From Ruditapes philippinarum (Eukaryota): a stretch of 64,000 bases of DNA. A program made the position numbers and the translations under genes. The stretch spans positions 124,001 through 188,000 of the forward strand of contig NW_026862407.1 in the NCBI RefSeq assembly GCF_026571515.1, written 5' to 3'. The notes under the pieces were generated by a model. That model made no database searches. It was not told the origin of the DNA and saw only the letters and a list, made by a program, of their open reading frames with translations. Shown here one piece after another: positions 1 to 12,349 of this stretch (positions within the stretch are counted from its first letter, which is position 1; every line of letters begins with the position of its first letter).

Positions 1-3000
1 ACGACAAAGATCTCAAACATAACAATGACATACACGTTGAAATTAAGTAATACTTGTCCACAGAAGACTTTATAAGATTATCATTCAATTGATTGGATTG
101 GATTAAAAAAATAGGATACAGGTTTTTTTTAATTGCATCTGTGGTCTGTAAATTAAACCTATCACTAATCTTACAATCCCTAATGCTTTGTGATCAAAAG
201 CATAAAATTAAAGAAACTTAATTGCCGTGCTTATTTTTTTATTTGTCGTTCAAAATATTGCAATGGAACCATCGCTGAATTCCTTGTTGATATAATTGCA
301 AAAGATGCGAGGAATTTTAATTTTTGCAACATACATAAAAATTTATATTCAAATCCGAAATATCTAAGGTTTCAAAATAAATAAAAGTTTGCAATCTCTA
401 AATATTTTCACTCAAATTATTTTTATAATCCCTTCGTTCTCAGTATTTAACTGCGTGATCAAGCGTCTGTAGATATAAATACACGAAACATATCTGTAAG
501 TTCTTTTTATGCATTTCCTTCATCTATGTTTGCATATCTTTTAACGCCGTTAAGATGTTCTTTACAGTCAAACTGACATGTTGTCTTAGATCCGTAACCC
601 TTTCCAAGTGTGTTTGTTTATGTCTGATGGTTTGAGACAAAGTCAATTACGCTGATACTTCTAAGTGTGCTGTGTAGATGCACAAACCTCACTGTAACGA
701 AGCGTAAACAATATCTAAGATGAATCGCTTAGCAAATGTCCTTACGTATCAGGCTTTGACAAACATTGCTTAAGATTAAAATGGTAACATCAACTTTTTT
801 GAGCGAAAAACATATTTGTTCAAGCGAATACAAAATGAATAGTAAATAGAAACCAGTATCGATTTTTTGTATTTTTCTTAAAGTACAAATTATGCTTATT
901 TAATTTATGAAAAATAATTTTAATAATCCCTTAAAACATTATAAGAAACATTTGTATAATGCTTCAATTTTTGTTTTGATTTACTTTAATGTTTTGTCAC
1001 TACCTTTTACATAATAATTGGAGAAAGTTATGACTATTTGTCCTATTACATGAGTAAGTGCAATCATTTGAATATAGAGAGTTTTGTCATCTATATTCTC
1101 AGAGGAAACCTCATTTTGTAATTACCTCCTATGATGTTTTTATATTAATTTCCATGCCCGATGAATATAACAACTACTGTCGACATTTGTTATTTTCTAA
1201 AAGATGACGAGTCTAATTTAAAAAGTATTTTGTGCAAAGCGAGTTGAAGAAGAATCTTGTGACTACAAAATTGTTGAGGTTTTGAAGTTAAGATAATACA
1301 TCATGATGAATATCCATAGCGATCAGAATCTCCATCTAGAATTGAATGGTGCACTTTAAAAGGTTAACATATTAAGTACTAGAGAAGTTGATGTTGCTTT
1401 TTAAAAGTAGTCAATTCCGATAGTTAATTCCGATAATTTAACACGCTTTTAGCAGCGAAAATATTTGTGTTAATTCAGTGCATTCTGAGCATTGATTAGG
1501 CTTTGCATTATAGAAGATAGCAATGTAAAAAACCGCACGTTGTACATTGTATTTGAATATAAATGTATTTTATACTGTCATCTGAAAAGTTGAAGCATAA
1601 ACGATCAACAGTTCTAAGTTATCTTTTAAAAGCACATACTTACATTTATGTAAAGATAAAAAAATAATTTCGCACCTTTTCGTATTAAAAGTATAATAAC
1701 AGCAGTTCTTCAAACTTAAAGAATGAAAATATCCTTTTTTCCCTTGTTCTTTCAATATGACGGCCTTCAACATTTCTTGAACTGTTTTAGAAATCGTTAA
1801 TAACGTGAAATGTGCCAAAATCAGTCATAATGAGCAAAAATACAGTAAAACATGTAAATGGTTACGCGCATTTTGAATAATTATTCATTTCTAAAAATAA
1901 TTCGTACATTTATGTGAAATATGGTTTCCTTGATTATTTGTCCGCGATTCTGTATGTATGCAGCTTTATTGATGCATTATTTTCGTATAAAAATTTCTAT
2001 ATTATTCGATGCTACTCATTGTATCTAAGTCATGACATTTATTCTCAGGTTGTGTTTAATTGTTTCCGTGCTCGACTAATTGGAAATATAAAGTTTCGTC
2101 TTTGTCTAAACACTTTCCGCTGAAATGGAAATTGATAACAATGCGTTTCAAATGTTTTAAGATCTATTATTATACATTAAAACACCATACTGATTCGCGT
2201 GGGAATACATGTATACACCTAGAAATAAGTTAAACACACACAGAAACTTAAAAATGTGTTTTTTTCTACTAAAATTCTAAGTGACAAACAATAAAGAGAA
2301 AATAATTCACATTCATTTGTGACTCAATTTGTATGGGTATATTTTTAAACAATATATAAAACCTCTCTGGTAACTCATGTGAGAATTTACTCTTCATTTA
2401 TAGAAATTCTCGTTAAAATAAAATAATTATGAGTTTACGTTTTGCACTTATGTTTTGTTAACAAAGGAAACTATATTCATCATGTACATTGTATAATCTT
2501 AGGAATTATAGATATTTAAGTATATAAATTTTTATTGAACGTTTCCAATAAAATCTGCATCTCAGGATATGTTACAACATTCAGTGTTTTTGCTCTTTTG
2601 CTTTATGATATTATACCGTATGCAAACAATCATCATTAAAGGCTTCCAGTAAAAGAATGTCATTTAATATGTAGAGTTAAGTTTACTGGATCTCCGCCAG
2701 ATTGATATGCGTGTTAGATATTTATGGATACATTTTAGTAAAAGTATATAAAAGTAGCTTATAAAAGTGATAATTCATGAAATTAATAATTACTATAATT
2801 ATAATATAATATCCTAAAATGTGTGTTCCGAAAGAACAAAATTAATGGTTTTCAATTTTGACGTTTCATGCAACTTTAGTAATGATAACTTTGTGTAATA
2901 CCGTATGCAAACAATCATCATCAAATGCTTCCAGTATACAATTTATATGTCTGCCAGTTGAAAGCACGTATGTTGAAGTATATCTTAATGACATTATTTG

Positions 3001-3761
3001 TGCAACATTGCATTATAAGAAATGTTCAGAGGACGATACATTGTCAACGATTTGTATACAAGACACATTATGACAGTAATTCATTTCAATGGACTAAACG
3101 AATTATTAAGATGAATTTACTACAGCTTTTATTTTGCTTACAAAATATATATTATTCGCTTTGCTTACAAAATATATATAATTCGTATAGTACCCTTGTA
3201 TGATTCATTTCCAAAATAAATAGCCACGAGATGACACTTTGAAGGTTGATACACATAACAAAATTTAAAATACTTATTCGGTACCAATGAATCAACTGGC
3301 TGAGTACTTGAGCCAAATACAGAAGCGAGGCTAAGACTTTCCTTGACCCTTCGCGATCGAGAACAATTCATCATTATTCTTTTAATAAACTCCATACATA
3401 TACTTCTTTGTAAATACCACTACTACGTGGGTATCGTTTATGATATAATTATTAATACTATCTAAAATGTGTACAAATCTGCCGAGAGTATGGAACGACA
3501 AGAAGGATTACACTCACGCATTTAGGTTGGGCTGTTAATAAAAGACAAAGATTAGTGCAAAGTTTCTCACTCTCAAAAGACTCACATACGAAAAAGTTCC
3601 TATTTAATCTCCTAGAGCTAATCTCTATATTCTGTTTAAATTATTTTGCTTAATGACAGAAGGCAATCGTGGTCTTATAAATATTGATGCTACATATAAT
3701 TCATAAGATAATGCAGTGGAAAGTAATGTTATTATTTGTTTCTATTTATGGATTATAAATT

Positions 3762-4780
3762 TAGCGTAGTCTGCAGGCTAAATGGTTGAAACAGAAATAT
3801 ATAATTGATATCGATAAACGAGAAAAAAGTAATTACACCAAAGTCTGGTGACACGTTACAAGCGACAGATTGTCAAATAAATTCACTGCACCAGATATAC
3901 CAATTTATAAAAGTACTTTTACTTAATATACAAAGGACATTTATTTGAATTCGTTTTATACTCACAATTTGTCAATAAGTTGTGATAATTGTTTCTGTCA
4001 AACTGTTTCAAATATTGTGGTGACAAATGGGTTTGCTGCAACACTATGCATGATATTTCGTGACAATAATAATCATCAACTTGATCAGATTTTGTCCACT
4101 GGGTTTTACAAGAGCATGAGTTATAACAAATATATTCCTTGAAAGATGGGCTAGTACATTTTAGGTGATCCATCCACGTTTGATAAACAGCATTACATGA
4201 ATATTAAACCAAAACGAGTATATGTGCAGGTGTTCGAAGAATAGTTCATAGGAATTATCTTAATATTTATTTCAGACATCATTTGAATGAACAAGCTTTA
4301 CCAGCACTCTTATGCTAAGTGTACTGTTAAGGGAACGTTAACGTATCAAAAGACGCAATTTGTTAGTGCCAGTTTATGGACCAGGATAGTTAATTCAGCG
4401 TAGACTGCAGGCTATATGGTTGAAACAGAAATATGTAATTACTATCGATAAACGAGAAAAAAGTAATTACACCAAAGTTTGGTGACACTTTTCACGAGAC
4501 AGAATGTCAAATAAATTTATTGCACCAAACCATAAAAATACGGTAAAGCAAAATTATTGACTTATAGAAAAAGCATTTATTTAAATCTGTTTGACACTCA
4601 CAATTCTTCAACAAGTTCTTTTCATTATTTTTTTTCTGTCAAATTATTCTAATTATTGTGATGATAAATCGGTTTGCTGTAACACCATGCATGCGATTGT
4701 TGTCACAAGAATATAGTTACAAACGACTTGATCAGATTCTGCCTACTTATGAATAATAACAAATACACTCCTTGAAAGAT
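3762..4780. repeat. Local direct duplication, period ~634 bp (3762-4150 / 4396-4780)
   Basis: Both copies begin agcgtag-ctgcaggcta-atggttgaaacagaaatat...atcgataaacgagaaaaaagtaattacaccaaag. Confidence 0.9.
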
Positions 4781-4964
4781 GTAGATGTTTATGCCAAATA
4801 ATTTGATTTACTAAGAGGAAAGCCGTCGACTACAGTTGTAGTAATTTATCTCTTACTTTGAATTAAACATTAAAATATAGCTCGTATTATTCGAAAAGCA
4901 GGAAAGAACTAAAACTCAATTCTACTCATCCCGGTCCCTCGGTGTCACACTGTTTTTGTTTTTT

Positions 4965-5160
4965 GTTTTTTTTGGCGTGCATGTTCAAAACTACTGAAGA
5001 GAATGAGCTAAAACTTCAAAAACTTGTTCTCTGTGATTATTCCACATGGTCGACGCGGGACCCATAACTTTAAGTTACTTTTTGGCAAAGTTATGCCCCT
5101 TTTCGTACTATCAAGCACTGAAAACAAGTATGTTGAGCTGTGTTATAGACAACCCTTCGG
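4965..5160 (+). mobile_element. Degenerate HINE (helentron-associated) fragment
   Basis: Contains aaaacttc...cataact...aagttatgccccttttt, typical of the central repeats of the other HINEs in this window. Confidence 0.5.
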
Positions 5161-8100
5161 CTGAGTAATTTATCCGCATTAATTGATTACATTGTTATTT
5201 ATTGTTCAGCGGGGACATCCGAGATTTATACCCGCTAACACGTATAACAAAACAAATACAGAAATATATGTTTAGCAATAGATACACATGAAATTCAGAA
5301 ACACTCTTCTACCTTCTTCGATGAATGATCATTTTTAGTAAATATAATTATTATAATTGTATTTCATGCAGATGCTGACTTATTTGTCTAGGCGATTATG
5401 ACGATATTTCAAGATAAAATAATATGTATAAACGCTGGTAAAATAAGTACAAGAAAACAACTATGCAGCTGCTTTTAACTGTTAAAATATGTTTTGGAAT
5501 AACATATAATATTGAGTCCTATCCAGAGGAAAAATGGTATTGAGTTACAATTTTAGTTCACTAAAAAATTAGTTCAAGAATTGCAACAATGGTTACAATT
5601 CTGATACATCGTCATGCTTTTAACGTTGCACAAAATTATACAAACAAATATGTCATAAGGCATCTGACTGAGTTACATAAACACATAATTGTTATAAATT
5701 TTATAAAGAAAGATGATGTTAGAAGTCTTCATACAACATACCTTCAAATGCCGTATTTGCTACATGTATTTTTATGCTTAACTAAATACATTGTAACCCC
5801 ACTTTTCAGTTCAAACTGTTATAACCTTATTTTAAAGTTTTACTTATTTAAATATTTTTCCTGAAGAAAATGATTAAACACATAACAGGAAAGAGACTGC
5901 AATTTAGTCTTACTCAGTTAACTTTACAGCCGCTAAGAACTTATTTATGAAGTCAAATTGATTAGTTTTAAAAATGTTACAAATACATAAATCACATTGC
6001 AGCACCTGTAATTGGATAAAACTTGTTTTAGATCTTTAAATTAGTCTTAATTTACACTGATGTTTACGAGCGAAAATGAGAAATTAACACTTTAAGACTG
6101 GTTTATTTTTCTAATTAGAATATTTCAACTATAAGAAGTATCGAAATTGATTTTATTTACGCCGATTTAGTTAAAAACGTGTTCAAATTAAGAAGAACAA
6201 ATAAACTACTAAACAATATCAGTTCTTGAAATGAAATGATTTTTGAATAGGAATTGATGCTTGCATTTAAAATAAAAAACACACAAAAAACAAAACAAAC
6301 AATAACAAAAAATAAGTTATGTTTTTGGACAGGAATTGACGATTGCATTTGAAAAAAAAGTTATAAAATTATGTTTCTTAGAAAGCCGTTCAGCTGATTA
6401 TACTTTTTTGGCTTATGACTGAAATAAGAGGTGACTTTAAATAATTACTTCAAGTCTTATAATTTTAATATAATTTATGAACAATTCTTTCTCATTGGTT
6501 CATTCAGAATTTCATTCTCATCCTTTTCCATTGTGTAAAATGTTTTGTTTGTTATATATTTGTATGTATGTACATTATATATACTTTCGGGAATAAATAT
6601 GTTTAAACTATTCAGAATTTATGTTTAATTAGTTCTATTTTGAAGGAAGCTTGGGGCTTATAGATATACTTTTGAATTCAATCCTAAAAGCGACTATTAT
6701 TGATTAATGAGTGAAAAGTGTCTACCTCAAGAAACAACGACGTGCTCCTGGATTTCAACTAACGCGGCTAGCGGTCATTATATTACAAGTCAAAATGTTA
6801 GTGTTTTCATAAGTTAAGTTTTATTAATTGCAAACATCACTTTACCTTTCGGATTTTGCTCCTTCCTCTCCTATTTACAGAAAATCTTGGCTTGAACTTC
6901 AACATATGTTATTAAATGTTGTCACAGTGGTATTGGCTTTTTTCAAGTCCTTTGAAATCCCTGGAATACATTTTATAAAGTTTGGAGTTTTGGAGAAATA
7001 TTTCTGCTTTGTATCATTGTTTTAAACGCATTGCAAATTATCTAAATAAATGTCTTTAGCCAATTTTCATATTTCTTCATTATTGTATTGGAACTTTCCA
7101 TATGGGGTTAATTGAAAAGTTTATTGCCTCAGGATTTTCACACAAAGATATCGATTTGGGTGTTATAATATTGTTTAAACATTGGGGAGATGTTATGATC
7201 TGATTGGTTTATATAGTACATGCTGATGAAAAATACTTTTAAAATAATACCAAATTTTTAAAATGATACAAATCTGTATGTATACTATGTAAAATAGACA
7301 TCGATGGACGATAACTTTTTTGTTCAGAATCTCACACGAATGAAATGTATAAAAATTTGAAATGTTTAAGTTTGTATTTAAATATATATAATGAGGTTTT
7401 GTAATTAAAAGTAATTACCACTTTTATTAATAAGAATTTGATCAAATTTGATACTGATATAGTTATGTACCCAAGCTTACCTGCGGAACGTGTTATTAAG
7501 ATCCTAAAGGTTACATAAATAGCGTAACATACTGTACTTAAAACAGTGTAGTGCTCGCAAATGGAAAATAATCCCGCCAAAACCGCCATATGGTCATTAT
7601 ATAGAATTCAAGTGTTCTGTCTTTAATATAAAGATAAAGTATGTTTAAAGATTTATCTATTGACAGTATCAGAACCAAAGATTGAAACAATTAAAAACCT
7701 ATACTATGATAGAAGATCGCTAAAAAATAAGTTCTAAGTACACTTAAAATGATTCAATTACATTAATGGATATTTCACAAGGGAAAGCGGGTGTTCCTGT
7801 TGTTTTTTGCTATTATTGTGATAGTAAGTACTTGTGATATATGTCATACAGATCATACGATCATGAATAAATCCCATGGCATGAATACTTGATATGATTT
7901 TAGATAATGGTATTGCTATGATTTTTGTTGCTGTTTCTTTTTTTATTTTGATCTTTAACTAGATTTTATTAACTCTTATGTACTTTAATATTTTTGATAC
8001 TTTCTCCTTTTGATTGCACAAAATGTACAAAGATATTCTTAATAGATGTATGTTTCCTCTCACCTGATGGAACTCTCTTTTTCCAATTGTATAACTCAAA

Positions 8101-8599
8101 TATAGCGTTCTTTGTGCTGTTTTTCTAATTTGAAACCTCATGTCAGTAATTTGTTTTGCATTACGTTTGACTGACAAGTCATTTATTTTGACATTAATCG
8201 TAAAGAGAAATTTCTAATTACCAATACAATTCATAGATAATTATTTTAAGATTAACTAATCAACATTATATGACATTTTGAGATAATACACAATCATATG
8301 TTTGGCACCTGAAAAAATTTACCCGCAACATACTTGAGACCTGTCTCTTTTTAATCATGACTTTCTGTCTAGGAGACAAACAAGTTCTTTACTGGAAATG
8401 ACAAATGACATACCGAATTTGTCTTCTACATTTAAGTATTTGCATATATAAATAAAAGTAATATACAGTTTAGACATTGCTGGCATTTTATTATTAATAA
8501 ATCAAACCCTCAAAGTGTTGAAGCGTCCGTGAAAAAGCTGTTAAGGTCGTTGACTTCAATTATGCCGTGTTGGGCTTTCTTTAGGGATTCTTATTTTCT

Positions 8600-8710
8600 C
8601 TATTTCAAATCACTTGCTTCTCGACGATTTTCGTTATTATTTGTGAAAACTATCCAGATAGCTTATGAGATGTCGGTGGTTGTATTCAGGTGCCCGTTTC
8701 TGCCTGAAGG
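8600..8710 (+). mobile_element. Degenerate fragment of a tRNA-derived SINE (central domain)
   Basis: ttcaaatcacttgc...ctatccagatagcttatgagatgtcggtggttgtattcaggtgcccg resembles the central domain of bivalve SINEs (recalled, not searched). Confidence 0.45.
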
Positions 8711-10030
8711 GATACTAAGAATCTAACAATTGGGCGACAATATTGTTTGATTTATCTTCAAAGATTTCAGTATTTTTAAATGATTAATAAGATTCAGTGA
8801 TGAAAATCTAAACATTTTTGTTATTATTAATTAGCCTATAAATATAAAATTTTAGAATACAGATAAATTTGAATTAAAGCCAAACGAACACTAATGAACG
8901 CGTGTCTACACATAAAAGAAACAAATAAACTTCAATTTTGTATTTGAGAAAATCGTTAGAAGCTAAATTATTTATCGTTAGCAAAAAGAAACAAATCATA
9001 TACAAGAAATTTATACGTCAAAGCAAAATAAAGCCATAGAAAGGCATTGCCATTTGCACTGGCATCATTGGCATTGTAAATGATAATACATTGAAAGACC
9101 ATAGCTATATTTAATGACTTTGTTTTACAATAAAATAAATGATTAAACTGTGTTTTTATCCAATGTGTTATGGCCTATACTCAAAAGAGTTAAAACATAA
9201 ACTGTTTCCGTTGTTTAACACACATGAATATTGTATGTAAAAGTTCGGTCAAAGAATAAATATCATGTTGCTTTAAAGAAATGTGTATTATTGTTTAGCA
9301 ATGATGTTCGTGCATGTACCATTTGTTCTTAGAGATTTAAACGAACATATCTCTTTCATACAGGTATCTTGACACCGTTATTTGTTTTATTATTCAAACT
9401 ACTAGAAAACTTTGTTCAAAAAACTCAAAATAATACTATATAATCATGTAAACTACAGACAGCAAAGAGTATCCTTAAACACATTTGTGTGCTTAGTATC
9501 GAGTTTTGAAACAGTCAGTCACTACTAATAAAATGATTATTTACGTTAATGACAAGGATTTGATTACATCGACAGGAAAAAACCTTGGTGTCACACAAAC
9601 GTATAATTTACAAAATTTTAATGACGCGTGTTGTTTAATATGACATTGTTCGGCCACTCAGTGCTCTATCAAATTACGCCAAGATATAAAAAACAGATTA
9701 TGTTCGTTCCATTCCATAGTTGTTACATGTTGGCTTTTAATGCTGTTGAAAATAAAACGTTTCACCATGTGAAATTTATAAAAAGTACACATTTTTGATT
9801 TATTCATAGTATGAGATAGTTTGTGGAACGCATTTCTATTTGTTAATTATCTAGGAAGTGCACTGTTACAGCCTATTGGAGCATATGAGTAAATTAATCA
9901 TTTCTTACATAAAAAATGCCCAAGATAGTTGAATAGTTTTGATTATTATTTTATTCATGGAAACAAAAGTCATTCCATTGAAGAAAAAATGAATCATTTG
10001 CATTCAAATTGTGTTGTACAAGAAAATAAA

Positions 10031-10060
10031 CAACAACAACAGCAGCAGCAACAACAACAA
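10031..10060. repeat. (CAA/CAG)n microsatellite
   Basis: caacaacaacagcagcagcaacaacaacaa. Confidence 0.85.
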
Positions 10061-12081
10061 GAGAACTTGAAAATTAAAAAACAACAACATAAAAACATGT
10101 TTGCATATCTATCATATCCTGCATAAAAACATTGTTGTTTACTATCATACAAACAGAAGTAAATATATGAAAACCATAAATGTCAAGTCCATACTGTGAT
10201 AATAAGATCTCTAAAACATTATATGGAATGAAGAATAACACGTATACTTATAATGATTCAATTACATTAATGGATGATACCCAAAGGGGAACCATATTTT
10301 CTGCTTTTGCTTTTATTGTGATTGTAAGTACTTATGATATATATTGGAGAGATCATACGATTATATGGTTATGAATAAATCTAATCTGATAAAAGATAAA
10401 AACGATATATATATACCAAAAACAAGCTACTTAATGTCATATCTATCTAAGTTTATATGTTGTTTTTTTTTCTCCACAAAGAATGTTATCATTTTTATCC
10501 AATTAGCAAGCCATGTCATGATTTTTATCATGCTAATTCTTATTTATATAAGTTATATATTTCATACTAATTCTACTATATTGTGTGTTCAAGAAACTAC
10601 AAATATTATGTATATATTGTCAAGCAATGAATTTAACAAGAAATGTAAACAAGCACTGAACCAATGCTTTAATTTTCTGCAATTTGTTTTAGAAGTATTT
10701 CGTAGATATTAAGATATATCTAGAAACATTTATCATGTTTTGATATTCCAGGGATATAAACTCAATACAGACAATTTTCATATAGATATATTAAAACATA
10801 AGTAGGTGATTCTCCATTAAATTGAATAGTAAAATATATTGTATATTACACAATAATCAAATTGCTCATTCAAGAAGGATTAACTTCAAGTTATTTACTT
10901 TGGTCGTCAATTAATTTAAATTACATGTTTGAGTTACTTTGTTAACAAAATTGTTCCTACTTGTGCACCTTTCCTGTTTATAGAGGTAAATATGTTTAAA
11001 TTGTTTTAAACAATACAGGACAACAGCAAGTGGGAAATTAAATCAAATACCATTAGGTTACATGCATTCTTTTGTTTTTACAATCAGTTCAACATAATTA
11101 CTTAAATTGTTAAACTTCCAGAGAGTTACAAACACATCAATTTCACTGCGCCAAGTCTAATTGCTTTAAGGCATCTAGAAATCTGAAATTAGTCTTAATA
11201 AACATTGACGTTTACAAGCTTGCATGAGGATAAATTCCGTAACCCCCGCTGTGTTTTCTGGATCAAGTCAAATCGAATAATGAACTAGACGTTACACATT
11301 TGTTTTCCAATTCAAAGTGTACAAAAAACTAGTTTGGTTTCCTAAACAAAATTATTCAAACATGTAATTTTATCAGACTTTATATGTAATTGAGACCCAG
11401 ACATAGGTTTTACATGTCACTATTTTTAACTTTCATTTTGTTGTCCTTTTAAACAGCATGTTACATTATTTGTTTCAAACAATGTATTAATTCAATATAA
11501 TCAATTTTCGGGCAAAACTCGAGTAAGATAATATCATATTGTACTGAAAATGTTAACATAATTATTATTTTATTTATAAATTAACGTCAAACACAATTCC
11601 CGGATATATTATATATACATATAAGGCAAATTTCATGTGGAATTAATAGTAGAAGGTACTTTGAAAGTTGTGGTCATTTTAATTAGGAAATATATCATTT
11701 AAGCAAACATAACGATATGAACATCAAACTCACAGGGATAGGAATTTTCAAAATACCTCTACAAGGGTAGCATCTTCTACATTCTTTCAGTGCTTTGATT
11801 CTATCCAAGTTGACATTTCAATGTCATAAATCAGCAAAATCTCCACATATTTTGGAAAACTTGGTCTCGATCAATGCAGTATATAAATGTACATATATAT
11901 TTGCAATGACATCTTCCATATTAAGTAGTGTTCGTTTTATACGAACACCGAAACTGCCGGTGACTTGAAATTTGACGCGATCAGATTCACGTAAACATTG
12001 ATATTTCTACGACGGAATTGCTAAAAGGAGGCATAGTTGCGATAAAATGCTATTCCATCTGTTAAAATTAATAATCGATGT

Positions 12082-12349
12082 CACTCACCAACGAAATGCC
12101 CTTTCAAATCTATTTTATACCGCACAGAGATGAACAAATATAAAACGGATATTTTCTTCTTCTCTCATGCCTCCATCGCAAATACCTTACCCGCAATACT
12201 ATACTTTTGTCGTTCAAAAGATCGTCGCTGTAGGATAAAATTAGAGTATTCCGAGTTAACTTCACGTTAAGTGACGAAGAAAATATCCATTTTATACTTT
12301 TTTCGTATAGCTTTGGTATAGATTTGGAAGGGAATTTCGTTGGTGAGTG
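12082..12349. mobile_element. MITE with long imperfect inverted repeats
   Basis: cactcaccaacgaaatgccctttcaaatctat...atagatttggaagggaatttcgttggtgagtg, plus inner IR tataaaacggatattttcttc / gaagaaaatatccattttata. Confidence 0.75.

Noticed and set aside
2858-3073. ORF shared with 23345-23566 (TFHATLVMITLCNTVCKQ...)
   Set aside because: Similarity follows from the DNA duplication; the copies frameshift relative to each other, and no domain or consistent start/splice sites were found.
9929-10126. Poly-Q ORF
   Set aside because: Translation of a CAA/CAG microsatellite; no other coding evidence.
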